A stretch of 64,000 bases of DNA, from positions 1 to 64,000 of the IMG/VR virus record IMGVR_UViG_3300047510_001118; one strand, 5' to 3'. Below are positions 16,622-25,695 of the stretch, in pieces. Position 1 is the first letter of the stretch, and each line of letters opens with the position of its first letter. A program made the translations under genes and the position numbers. The notes beneath the pieces were generated by a model that was not told the DNA's origin, made no database searches, and saw only the letters and a program-made list of their open reading frames with translations.

Positions 16622-17269
16622 TTAAAAAGTAGTTCCAACATTGAAAGTAGTTATGTTGTCATCTATAGGATCTTTAGTATAGAGATTGGCTACTCCTAAC
16701 ATTATGCCTTCATCGAGTTGATAGTTTAGTTCTGTACGATTACGAACATATTGTTGATCTGCCCAATCGATTAAAAATCTATTCACAAAAGTTACTCGCT
16801 TATCAATTTTATACGAAACCCATAGGGAATTAGTAATAACATCACTCCAACCCAAATTATGACTCATCTGTCCTACAGAAAATTCATTAGAGATTTTTGT
16901 TCGATCTGTTTTTAATAATTTGTATCCGTATCCAATGTTGACTGAAGTTCTATTTGAATCATTGCGTAATTCGTCGTAGTCATAACGCAACCAACCTATA
17001 GCATAACTTCTTTCATCTAAAGCATAATTTTCCTTGAATGAAAAATATCCTTCGTTACGTGCTCGTGTGTTATTTTTTTCGTTATACAGATAGATATAAT
17101 TGGCTTCTAGTACATGTTGCCATGACCCATATTCCTTTGAATGTTCAACAACCGTTGTAACTCCTATATTGGTATCTTTAACCATCTGTCCGCCAACTGT
17201 TACTTTGCCGGCGGCAAATACGGTAGGCAACAGAACAAATAACATTGTTCCTAGAATTACTTTTTTCAT
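16622..17269 (-). CDS. outer-membrane beta-barrel (DUF481/YdiY-like)
   Basis: Signal peptide, GYGYK, C-terminal Phe. Confidence 0.7.
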   Translation of the reverse strand: MKKVILGTMLFVLLPTVFAAGKVTVGGQMVKDTNIGVTTVVEHSKEYGSWQHVLEANYIYLYNEKNNTRARNEGYFSFKENYALDERSYAIGWLRYDYDELRNDSNRTSVNIGYGYKLLKTDRTKISNEFSVGQMSHNLGWSDVITNSLWVSYKIDKRVTFVNRFLIDWADQQYVRNRTELNYQLDEGIMLGVANLYTKDPIDDNITTFNVGTTF

Positions 17270-17371
17270 AAAAGTTCCTAAAATAAAAAGGGCTGTATTT
17301 CTTCAGCCCTAACTATGCATATTAACGCATTAGTAAACAAAACGTAAGTCTTTTTGGTGAAACTGATAAAA

Positions 17372-17395
17372 GAAAAGGCTCCGAAGAGCCTTTTC
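17372..17395 (-). terminator. terminator after tmRNA
   Basis: gaaaaggctc-cgaa-gagccttttc. Confidence 0.8.
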
Positions 17396-17752
17396 ACTAT
17401 TTTGGGTTACAAGGTATAGTTACCCCGGAGCTGCAGTTTCTTAGGCTGCTAGTTCAAAACGCTTGCCTGTTACAGCGAAGTCAGTTTTGAAATACTCAAA
17501 TGTAGATGCGTTTGCATTTACTAGTTTTGCTTGATTAACGGTCATCGCCTACCGTGTTGCCTCTTTCGCTATCTCGCCATGTCGAAACCGGTCGGGCCCA
17601 TCATAAAAGGACTAGAGCAAATACTACGAGTACAACTACTACACCTATTCCTAGATGAGTTAGATCATCGTTCATACTAATCTCCTTATGGTGGACCCGG
17701 GGGGAATCGAACCCCCGTCCACAACGCCTTCACTACGAAGGAATTACAACAA
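17396..17752 (-). ncRNA. ssrA: two-piece (circularly permuted) tmRNA
   Basis: Acceptor piece ends GGTTCGATTCCCCCCGGGTCCACCA (17689). Coding piece starts GGGCCCGACCGGTTTCGAC (17599). G3:U70. Tag ANASTFEYFKTDFAVTGKRFELAA* at 17441-17515. Confidence 0.9.
17601..17675 (-). CDS. 24-aa hydrophobic peptide inside the tmRNA intervening segment
   Basis: AAGGAG SD + MNDDLTHLGIGVVVVLVVFALVLL*. Confidence 0.5.
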   Translation of the reverse strand: MNDDLTHLGIGVVVVLVVFALVLL

Positions 17753-17756
17753 TACC

Positions 17757-17960
17757 TTAGGCTGGCTGAATATTGCTAGCCTGTTGACCTTTCATGCCCA
17801 TAGTTACTTCAAACCTTACACTCTGTCCTTCTTGTAGGCTTTTGAAGCCACTTGACTGAATCTGTGAAAAGTGAGCAAATAAGTCTGCGCCACCATCGTC
17901 CGGTGTAATGAACCCAAAACCTTTGGCGTCGTTAAACCATTTTACTTTTCCTGTTACCAT
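17757..17960 (-). CDS. cspA: cold-shock protein
   Basis: [20 protein letters not shown] motifs. Confidence 0.95.
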   Translation of the reverse strand: MVTGKVKWFNDAKGFGFITPDDGGADLFAHFSQIQSSGFKSLQEGQSVRFEVTMGMKGQQASNIQPA

Positions 17961-18005
17961 TTTACTTTCTTTCCTTGTTGTTAAAAATATTTTTCTCTGT
18001 GTGTG

Positions 18006-18584
18006 TTAAACACCCGCCTTGACTAACTGTGATATAACCCAAGTTTTTGGGTCTAAATCAATTTTCCAAGAAGTTGGCTTGTTTCTCATATCTTGTTTGT
18101 AAACAATATTTATTTGGTCATGTGTTAGATTAACTTTGAATCCATCTGTTAGTTGTTCTAGATTTGCTTTGACAGTAGCATAATCTACAAATGCCACAGC
18201 AAAAGTACCTTTAACTTGTATAATCATCAAATGATCAAAGTCTTTATCTAAAGTAGTTCTTTGATTGCGGCTTTCGTAAACATTTTTTAATTTAATACTA
18301 ATGCTTTTACATGGCTTACCAGTTATTTTTGTAAACATAGGGTAATTGCCTGTTTTTACTTCTACTTCGCCGTTTGCCCAATCATTAAACTTTACATCGT
18401 AATCTCTCTCATCTGTCCAATCTATATTTTTGGCTGTGTTAGATAATTGCATAGCCGCAATGATAAATTTTTCTTTCATCATACGGTTAGTGGATTCGTC
18501 TAAAACTGTTTGATGAGATATATTATGACATGCTTCTGAAAACTTAGTTATGTCGACCCATTTAAGAAAATCTTTATAATCCAT
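18006..18584 (-). CDS. hypothetical protein, possible PD-(D/E)xK nuclease
   Basis: YD...EVEVK motif. Confidence 0.5.
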   Translation of the reverse strand: MDYKDFLKWVDITKFSEACHNISHQTVLDESTNRMMKEKFIIAAMQLSNTAKNIDWTDERDYDVKFNDWANGEVEVKTGNYPMFTKITGKPCKSISIKLKNVYESRNQRTTLDKDFDHLMIIQVKGTFAVAFVDYATVKANLEQLTDGFKVNLTHDQINIVYKQDMRNKPTSWKIDLDPKTWVISQLVKAGV

Positions 18585-18679
18585 TATTCGCCGTCCGGAA
18601 ATTTATCGTGCCAGTCTATTATCCACCATATAGCGAATCCTACAACTACAGCGATAACAATCCAAAACATCCAATTCAT
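18584..18679 (-). CDS. 31-aa membrane peptide
   Basis: MNWMFWIVIAVVVGFAIWWIIDW...; start and stop overlap neighbouring genes. Confidence 0.6.
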   Translation of the reverse strand: MNWMFWIVIAVVVGFAIWWIIDWHDKFPDGE

Positions 18680-18861
18680 ATTTCATTCAAATCTTTTTTA
18701 AATTTTTCAATTTCGTCTTTGAGTGCTAGTTTTTGCTTTTTTAAATGTAAAACTAAACGATCATCTTGGTAACGATTATATTCGTCTTGAATTATTTTAT
18801 CTAAATCGTCATGCTGTTTTTGTAAATGTTCAATATGCCGAGTTAGTTTTTCAATATTCAT
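18676..18861 (-). CDS. DUF465/YdcH-like coiled-coil protein
   Basis: H..LD..I...LKKQKLALKDEI. Confidence 0.75.
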   Translation of the reverse strand: MNIEKLTRHIEHLQKQHDDLDKIIQDEYNRYQDDRLVLHLKKQKLALKDEIEKFKKDLNEI

Positions 18862-18862
18862 T

Positions 18863-19060
18863 TTAACCTCTACTAAGTTGTGACTTCATTGACTCCATAT
18901 CTGCTTTTAATCTAGCACGTTCTCTTTCCATATACTGAACAGTTTCGTACAGTTGTCTTACACGTTCTTCTAACTGTTGAACTTTACTTTCAAGATCATC
19001 AACTGACCTAGTCTGTTCTTTAATGGTTATTTTAACTTCCTCTGTGTAAGCCGGAATCAT
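18863..19060 (-). CDS. small coiled-coil protein
   Basis: ORF coupled in operon. Confidence 0.7.
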   Translation of the reverse strand: MIPAYTEEVKITIKEQTRSVDDLESKVQQLEERVRQLYETVQYMERERARLKADMESMKSQLSRG

Positions 19061-19425
19061 TCTACTGTTTCCTTCGTTTCCTCTTGAGGGGCTTTTTCTA
19101 ACTTAGGTGCTCTGGCTTCAAAGGCACTAATCAAATTTGCTCTAGCAGTTTGAACTAGTTTGTCTAGATCCTCTTCGCTGACTCTACCTCTAGTAAATTC
19201 TTTTAGTACATCAGCAAAGGCCGCTCCTACTACTGCAGCTACATCTGCTACTGAACCTACAGGTTGGCCTTCATTGTGTTTTACTAATGTAGCCACTCGA
19301 CCGTAGATAAAATGTTGAATATCTCGGTCAAGTGTAACTAATGGATCCGGGGTCGGATCGTTCATTAGATCTTTGAGCATATTAGCGAAAACTGCTATGT
19401 CGCGTTTACGTTCTTTTTTATCCAT
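19057..19425 (-). CDS. hypothetical protein
   Basis: ORF coupled in operon. Confidence 0.75.
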   Translation of the reverse strand: MDKKERKRDIAVFANMLKDLMNDPTPDPLVTLDRDIQHFIYGRVATLVKHNEGQPVGSVADVAAVVGAAFADVLKEFTRGRVSEEDLDKLVQTARANLISAFEARAPKLEKAPQEETKETVE

Positions 19426-19625
19426 TACTTACCTGCGGCATCTTTACGAGCATTCTTAACTGCGGTTACATCGTTGCGTACTTCTTTACAAAGTTTGGCT
19501 AACTCTTGTAAATGTTTACGAACACGAGTACCGGCAGCACCAACTTCCTTGTCGTAGAACTTTTCAAAGTCACCTTCCATTGCTTCTACGATTTTTTGGA
19601 AATCTCCAAATCTATTTGCTGACAT
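19425..19625 (-). CDS. histone H1-like (Hc1-family) DNA-binding protein
   Basis: AAGTRVRKHLQELAKLCKEVR motif. Confidence 0.65.
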   Translation of the reverse strand: MSANRFGDFQKIVEAMEGDFEKFYDKEVGAAGTRVRKHLQELAKLCKEVRNDVTAVKNARKDAAGK

Positions 19626-19655
19626 AGTATTTCTCCTTGTTAAATTGTTTATCTA

Positions 19656-20498
19656 TTATGTCCAAAGACTCTCACGAACTTTGATAAGACGGATCATCAT
19701 AGCCTCATCTTCTTTTTCGTAAGCGGCTTCAATCTTACGAAGTTCTTTGTGAGCCCGGTCACTTTGTTTTTTAAGTACAGGATCTTTTGGACTACTGAAG
19801 CTCAACTTACCACCGTTGGCTTCACGCTGTGCTTCACAGGCCGCACTCCATCCACTTGCTTCGTACGGGTCGGGACGATTACGATAGGTAACGGTCCACC
19901 ATGTATATAATTCTAAAATTTCTTTAGCGGCTTTGGCTTGATAAGTGGGTTCGGGTGTTTGACCTTCTTCACAGAATTCTGCGTTAGTTAAGGTCATTGC
20001 CCATTGTAGATGAGCAACGCCTGCTTCTGGACAGCGCCAAGTTCTCCAACGTAGCCAACCACTGCGCCACCAGGGCGGAGCATACTTTTTACGGGCTTCT
20101 TCATCCCACAGACAGGTATGCCAAGCCTGTTCTATTTCAACAAAATCAACGAGCTCATTAAAAAGACAAGGCAAAAAACGATTACCCACATCACGCCACT
20201 GACCTCGTTTAATGTCGGATGGGTGGGCAGTAAGACAATGAGTCCTAGTAACGTAGCGATTATTAATATAATAACGGATATCATTCAGTCTTTCTGGAAT
20301 CCAGCACCATACGTCTTGGATCTTGTCTAGTCCTTCTTCAGCAATCCACCAACGAATAGGATATGCTTGTTTAGCACGAGTTTCCCATTCGCCCCATTCT
20401 TCGGCAGTACCACACTTTAATTTTGTAGTACCACGAATCCAGTCAGCAAATTTTGTACAAGTCCAATAGTTTCTCACATTATTCCTTACGACCGCCAA
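19656..20498 (-). CDS. conserved Trp-rich phage protein
   Basis: 280-aa ORF. Confidence 0.75.
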   Translation of the reverse strand: MAVVRNNVRNYWTCTKFADWIRGTTKLKCGTAEEWGEWETRAKQAYPIRWWIAEEGLDKIQDVWCWIPERLNDIRYYINNRYVTRTHCLTAHPSDIKRGQWRDVGNRFLPCLFNELVDFVEIEQAWHTCLWDEEARKKYAPPWWRSGWLRWRTWRCPEAGVAHLQWAMTLTNAEFCEEGQTPEPTYQAKAAKEILELYTWWTVTYRNRPDPYEASGWSAACEAQREANGGKLSFSSPKDPVLKKQSDRAHKELRKIEAAYEKEDEAMMIRLIKVRESLWT

Positions 20499-21165
20499 AT
20501 AACTGTAGTAGGCTTAAGAATAGATTAATAAAGTCTAAGTAAAGTGTTAGAGCACCGGCTACTTCCATTTTACCATCGTTGTCAAAACTGACCATTTCAC
20601 GGATCTTTTGTGTGTCGTAGGCAGTAAGGCCTAAAAACACAATCACAGCAATGGCGCTGATTACCATCTGCATAACTGTGCTACCAATAAAAATATTAAC
20701 GATACTAGCAATGATGATAGCGATAAGACCAATAAACATAAACTGTCCAATTGAGTCTAAATTCTTTTTAGTGAAGTAACCATAAAAACTCATTACCCCA
20801 AATAAAATAGCCGCACTCATAAATGCTGATACAATACTGCCCATATTGTAAACTACAAATATAGTAGCAAAACTTAATCCCATTAATGCGGCAAATCCGT
20901 GTAAGAAAATCTGTAAAGAAGATTTACTCATTTTCTCCATGCTAAAACTTACTGCTAAAATTGCGACCAGTGGAGCAAAAATTACTACCCACTTCATCGC
21001 ACCAGTAAAGAAAAATGCCATTAAACTGGCATTAGTTCCTACCAAGAAACTAACAATCATCGAAGTAAGCACTGCCAAACCCATATGGCCATATACTCTC
21101 GACATGGCCGAATTGATTTGTGATGCTGAACGATAAATTCCACCTGTATAACTTGTTCCAAACAT
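20479..21165 (-). CDS. Bax inhibitor-1/YccA family membrane protein
   Basis: 7 TM segments, AYDTQ, ALTLYLDFINLF. Confidence 0.9.
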   Translation of the reverse strand: MFGTSYTGGIYRSASQINSAMSRVYGHMGLAVLTSMIVSFLVGTNASLMAFFFTGAMKWVVIFAPLVAILAVSFSMEKMSKSSLQIFLHGFAALMGLSFATIFVVYNMGSIVSAFMSAAILFGVMSFYGYFTKKNLDSIGQFMFIGLIAIIIASIVNIFIGSTVMQMVISAIAVIVFLGLTAYDTQKIREMVSFDNDGKMEVAGALTLYLDFINLFLSLLQLFGGRKE

Positions 21166-21182
21166 ATTGATACCTCCTATGC

Positions 21183-21746
21183 TTATATTATATGATCTGC
21201 TACATTAAAGTCAACCACTTCTTGTGCCGTTAGGTAAACATCACTGGCTGGAAGCAGTTTTGATTTAATTTTGGTTTGATTTAGGCCTGTAGAATCTTTG
21301 AGTATGTCGATCATCTTTTGATTACAGATGTCGTTTTCTTTCATAGTGGCTTTGAGATCGTGATACTTGTCTTCCATAGTTTCTGTAAATTGGTGACACA
21401 TAAAACTAGTATTCTTACTGGCGTATCGTTGACCTTTATCTCCTGAGGTAAAAATCAAAAAAGCCGCACTCATACAAGAACCTATGGCCACTGTTCTAAT
21501 TACATGATGACTACTGCGCATCGTATCAATTAACGCAAACGCTTGATATAAATCTCCGCCTGTGCTGTTAATGTATAAAGTCAAAGTTTTTTCTTTTGAA
21601 TCTAAATTCTCATAAAGGATCCATTTTATAACATCACCGATAGAGTCTTCATCAATCTCTCCAAAGAGATAATGTATAGAATTTTCTAGTAGTCTAAGAT
21701 CTATTCTCTGTTCGGCATCAAATTCGTCAATCTTTTTCATCTTCAC
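21183..21746 (-). CDS. clpP: ClpP-like serine protease
   Basis: LYINSTGG, CMSAA, MCHQ, D.YLTA.E. Confidence 0.85.
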   Translation of the reverse strand: MKMKKIDEFDAEQRIDLRLLENSIHYLFGEIDEDSIGDVIKWILYENLDSKEKTLTLYINSTGGDLYQAFALIDTMRSSHHVIRTVAIGSCMSAAFLIFTSGDKGQRYASKNTSFMCHQFTETMEDKYHDLKATMKENDICNQKMIDILKDSTGLNQTKIKSKLLPASDVYLTAQEVVDFNVADHII

Positions 21747-22027
21747 TCCGGTATAAATTGTCCAAACCCGTTTTCCTGTAAATGAGTATAGACTTGGTCT
21801 TTGTCTATTTCTTCAAGATCTCTAACACTTTGAACAAAGGTTGTTATGCTGGTAGATCCTTGACTGTTTCTTGCTTCTACTAAAAACTGAAGCACATCGG
21901 CTAAGTGAGCCATAAAAATGAGCCCGTTTTCAGTATCTCCGTCTTCTAGCATTTTATATGCTCGTTCTGCTTGAACAGAACAGTATTCGAACATTTTAGA
22001 TTCGAATTTTTGAGTGTGTTGTGACAT
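21743..22027 (-). CDS. hypothetical protein
   Basis: First ORF after the sigma70 promoter at 22054-22081. Confidence 0.7.
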   Translation of the reverse strand: MSQHTQKFESKMFEYCSVQAERAYKMLEDGDTENGLIFMAHLADVLQFLVEARNSQGSTSITTFVQSVRDLEEIDKDQVYTHLQENGFGQFIPE

Positions 22028-22128
22028 GTTCCTATTGTGTTTAAAGTGCTAACATTATAGCACAGATATTTATCGTGTCAAATACTTATCTACTCAGATA
22101 AATACTTTTGAGCAAAAAGGAGCGTAAA

Positions 22129-22410
22129 ATGGGTGAATTTTTCAAATTAGTCGCAGAAGTTGGTTTTCCAATTGCGGCTGCACTAGCAGGCGGTTACTTC
22201 ATCTTCTTAACACTTAAACTAGTCTTAGGATCAGTTTTAAGCGCAGTCAAAGGACTCAGCGGAATAATCACAGCATTAGATAATCGTGTTAAAACAATGA
22301 ATCACGATGTGATCCGTATTGATGCTGTTGTGTCTAACGCTCTAGGTCTAAGACCCGATGTAGATCGTATTGCCCGTGCCGACGGTAAGAACGACGCGAG
22401 AAGAGATTAA
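22129..22410 (+). CDS. membrane protein (GFPIAA motif, YvrJ-like)
   Basis: TM helix plus coiled coil; paralogue of 23073-23411. Confidence 0.65.
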   Translation: MGEFFKLVAEVGFPIAAALAGGYFIFLTLKLVLGSVLSAVKGLSGIITALDNRVKTMNHDVIRIDAVVSNALGLRPDVDRIARADGKNDARRD

Positions 22411-22607
22411 TGAGATATATCGATTACAGTTGGGATTTAGAGCCCAATCGAATATTGTTCGATGAAGAATTGGACATAGACAAGTTAGGATGGAAGCACG
22501 GTGACTGTTTCAAAGTCACCAATGTTGACGGTCGTGCTATGTTAGTAAAATTAGATCCAGTAGAACAATTTGTAAAAGGACACTCTGTAAATGTTCAAGA
22601 AAAGTAA
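22410..22607 (+). CDS. hypothetical protein
   Basis: Coupled TAATG start. Confidence 0.7.
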   Translation: MRYIDYSWDLEPNRILFDEELDIDKLGWKHGDCFKVTNVDGRAMLVKLDPVEQFVKGHSVNVQEK

Positions 22608-22749
22608 ATGGGAACTGTGGTATGACATACAACCACAACATATTAAAGATTGGTATGATCAGCCACGAGCTATATGGTATGACAGCGATATGTGGAAGGC
22701 GTTTGCCTTTGGAATTTTCCTTGGAGTGATTGTTGGACTATGTATGTAG
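22591..22749 (+). CDS. small membrane protein, 52 aa
   Basis: MFKKSKWELWYD...AFGIFLGVIVGLCM*. Confidence 0.55.
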   Translation: MFKKSKWELWYDIQPQHIKDWYDQPRAIWYDSDMWKAFAFGIFLGVIVGLCM

Positions 22750-22925
22750 ACAGATATATGCTTCTTGTTATCTATTTGTTTGCCGCTGGGGCACTTTTAA
22801 TATCCTTGTGGATGTTTTTAACCTTAGAAGAAATGAAAGCAAATGGTAAGAAGTGGGTTGAATTAAATCAAGAATTAATGGAAAAAATAAAAAGATTAGA
22901 ATATCAGTCGTTGTATAAAAGATAG
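22740..22925 (+). CDS. small membrane protein
   Basis: TM helix plus charged tail. Confidence 0.55.
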   Translation: MYVDRYMLLVIYLFAAGALLISLWMFLTLEEMKANGKKWVELNQELMEKIKRLEYQSLYKR

Positions 22926-22934
22926 GAGCGAACT

Positions 22935-23072
22935 ATGCTTTTTGAAGCATTTCTAGTATTTTATATGCTAGAAGTTTTATTACTAATATCGGTAGCAGTC
23001 TGGTATTATCATGAACCTAAAGTTCAAAAAAAGAAAATATACGATCCCTGGGGATTCTGGAAGGAGAAATAA
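22935..23072 (+). CDS. small membrane protein, 45 aa
   Basis: AGGAG SD, MLFEAFLVFYMLEVLLLISVAVWYY... Confidence 0.6.
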   Translation: MLFEAFLVFYMLEVLLLISVAVWYYHEPKVQKKKIYDPWGFWKEK

Positions 23073-23411
23073 ATGGATGTAGTAGCACTAATTAACAAAT
23101 ATGGATTTCCGATAGTAGCCGCGGCTGGTATGGGCTATATGATTTTTTATGTATGGACATGGGCCACAAAAGAAATTAAACCTATTCTCAACGATGCTAA
23201 CACAGTTCTTATAGCTCTAATTGATCGCATTCGTATGTTAGACAATGACTTAATTCGATTAAATCAAAAGGTTAATACTGTATTACACCTGCGTGGTAAG
23301 ATTATCGAAGGAGAGCGTGTTATTGAGGCACAGAAAGTAGAACGTGAAGCAGATGAAAAATTCCGAGAAGCAATGAAACAAGACGAATCCTCGAAAGGTG
23401 GAAATTCGTAG
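23073..23411 (+). CDS. membrane protein (GFPIVA motif)
   Basis: Paralogue of 22129-22410. Confidence 0.65.
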   Translation: MDVVALINKYGFPIVAAAGMGYMIFYVWTWATKEIKPILNDANTVLIALIDRIRMLDNDLIRLNQKVNTVLHLRGKIIEGERVIEAQKVEREADEKFREAMKQDESSKGGNS

Positions 23412-23490
23412 ACTCGCCTTGCTGGTGGCGTAGAGTAGGATAAGTGACCAGTAGTAGGGCGTGAGCCCTATTTTTACGACTAAATATTGT

Positions 23491-24198
23491 ATGAATATAA
23501 TTATAGCAACGTTAGTGATGACGCACATCACCATAGTGTGTGTTACACTATATTTGCATCGTGGACAGGCGCATAAAGGAATAGTATTCCACCCAATCTT
23601 AGAACATTTTATAAGATTTTGGTTATGGCTTACAACAGGCATGGTTACTAAACAATGGGTGGCTATACATCGTAAGCATCATAGATTTAGCGACGAACAA
23701 GACGATCCACATACACCTCATGTATATGGCATTTGGCGTGTATTGTTCAAAGGTGCTGTTCTATATCACATCGCAAGTAAAGATTCTGCGATGATTCAAC
23801 AATACGGAGTAGGTACGCCAGATGATTGGATTGAACGCAAACTATATACCCCACATAGCCGTCTTGGCATTCTTTTAATGCTGATCATAGATCTATTGTT
23901 CTTTGGGCCTTGGGGCTTAGTAGTGTGGGGTATTCAAATGATATGGATTCCGTTCTGGGCTGCCGGGGTAATTAACGGACTAGCACACTGGTGGGGCTAT
24001 CGCAATGGCGAAACCAAAGACCATAGTCGTAATGTAAGTCCAGTGGGTATACTAATTGGCGGTGAAGAACTACACAACAATCATCACTTAGATCCTGCTA
24101 ATCCTAAACTTAGCAGACGTTGGTTTGAATTTGATATCGGTTGGATGTGGTTTAAACTATTTGAACTAGTTGGCCTTGCTAAAGTTAGAAATTCCTAG
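23491..24198 (+). CDS. delta-9-type fatty acid desaturase
   Basis: His boxes HRGQAH, HRKHH, HNNHH. Confidence 0.92.
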   Translation: MNIIIATLVMTHITIVCVTLYLHRGQAHKGIVFHPILEHFIRFWLWLTTGMVTKQWVAIHRKHHRFSDEQDDPHTPHVYGIWRVLFKGAVLYHIASKDSAMIQQYGVGTPDDWIERKLYTPHSRLGILLMLIIDLLFFGPWGLVVWGIQMIWIPFWAAGVINGLAHWWGYRNGETKDHSRNVSPVGILIGGEELHNNHHLDPANPKLSRRWFEFDIGWMWFKLFELVGLAKVRNS

Positions 24199-24889
24199 CC
24201 AACAGTTGTGCTTCAGGTATTCTAGTACGTGTATTTTTGCTGTTTAGCAAAATAACAATTCGTTTACCAACTTCAGTTTCCACCATCATTACAATACAGC
24301 CACCCGCGGCACGAATATATCCTGTTTTACTTACAATAAATTCTTTAGTTGAAACTAGGGGGTTAGTATTTTTAAATATTAGAAATTTTTTCTTATGAGA
24401 TATTCTAACTTCGCTCATTTGACTTGATTCAACAATTTCGGGATAAATTTCTGCTGCCTTTACTAGTTTAATTAAGTCATAAGCAGTACTAATATTCATT
24501 ACACCTAATCCAGTTGGATCTACAAACTGTGTATTAATCATCCCAAGAAATCTAGCCTTGTCGTTCATTGCTCTTATACAGTTACTTCGTCCACTGGGAT
24601 AGTTATTACATAGTATTTCTGATGCTCGATTATCAGAATGAACTATGGCCAACTGTATAAGTTCTTTACGTGTATATGAGTTAATATATTGATCTAGATT
24701 CTGCCTAGCATCAAGGATAACCATTACAGTCATTAACTTTGTAATACTGGCAATACTACGCTTCTGATAAAGATTTTCGCTTTGAATTATATCCCCTTCG
24801 CTATTTGCTACAACCCAAGAGGTTGCTGTAATGGTCTGAGCAAACGAATAAAGAGGTAGCATTAAAAATATTAAAAATATTTTTTTCAT
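24185..24889 (-). CDS. peptidase S11 D-Ala-D-Ala carboxy/endopeptidase
   Basis: SITK, SDN, KTG motifs; signal peptide. Confidence 0.9.
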   Translation of the reverse strand: MKKIFLIFLMLPLYSFAQTITATSWVVANSEGDIIQSENLYQKRSIASITKLMTVMVILDARQNLDQYINSYTRKELIQLAIVHSDNRASEILCNNYPSGRSNCIRAMNDKARFLGMINTQFVDPTGLGVMNISTAYDLIKLVKAAEIYPEIVESSQMSEVRISHKKKFLIFKNTNPLVSTKEFIVSKTGYIRAAGGCIVMMVETEVGKRIVILLNSKNTRTRIPEAQLLARNF

Positions 24890-24892
24890 AAT

Positions 24893-25531
24893 TTATTTTT
24901 CTACTAGGGTGTTTACAAAATCTAATAACAGTTTATGATGTCTACCCTGGTGCCAATGTCGGGGCATCCAAGAATGATAATCATACCAAACTTTTGTGCT
25001 TTCAGGGTGACAACCGATCAGCCCAATTTTTCCTTGTATAACAGCCATAGGGTCACCGTTGCTATAGGTAGCCACAACATCCATATTATTACCAGTAATA
25101 GCACAGCCGTCATAAAAATACATCCTTTCCTGTTGTCCTTGCCAATTAACTAACATACCCTTTGCGTGGGGACGTCTTGTATCTGCGTTAGGGCGTTTAA
25201 TATATTGTACAACTCTAGTACCCGACTCAAGAATATCAAAGTAATACTGGTCGGCCCAATAAGCCCCAAGACATATACCCAAGTATCTACCACCGTTCCT
25301 AATAAAATTACGTATGCTGTCAGCATGTTTAACCATCACTGTATCAAAATTATCGCTGTCACCTAGCCCGCCTGGAAAACACACAATATCTACGTCATCA
25401 AAAAATGTGTCCTCCACTTCGTGCTTGGTGAATATTTTAAATCGATAGTGTAGTGAAAGTGCTTCTATAATACCGTTGGTTGAATCAACGGCACATAACG
25501 GGTGATGTATAAACAATGCTATTGTTGGCAT
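24893..25531 (-). CDS. BPL_N / class I glutamine amidotransferase-like protein
   Basis: FPGG, YLGICLGAY, HPE. Confidence 0.8.
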   Translation of the reverse strand: MPTIALFIHHPLCAVDSTNGIIEALSLHYRFKIFTKHEVEDTFFDDVDIVCFPGGLGDSDNFDTVMVKHADSIRNFIRNGGRYLGICLGAYWADQYYFDILESGTRVVQYIKRPNADTRRPHAKGMLVNWQGQQERMYFYDGCAITGNNMDVVATYSNGDPMAVIQGKIGLIGCHPESTKVWYDYHSWMPRHWHQGRHHKLLLDFVNTLVEK

Positions 25532-25695
25532 TATCGACAAATGCTAAAACTTTTAACGCCGTTTAAACTAAACGTCTTTAGATAATTTTCCATGTCATCA
25601 TTATAGGCTATCATTTTGGCCGGTGTCATAAATTTGTATTGTAACATCAACCATACAGTGTAGTCAAGCCACCAATCTATAGGTGTGTATATCAT
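25531..25695 (-). CDS. small hypothetical protein, 54 aa
   Basis: ATGA and TAATG overlaps with both neighbours. Confidence 0.55.
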   Translation of the reverse strand: MIYTPIDWWLDYTVWLMLQYKFMTPAKMIAYNDDMENYLKTFSLNGVKSFSICR

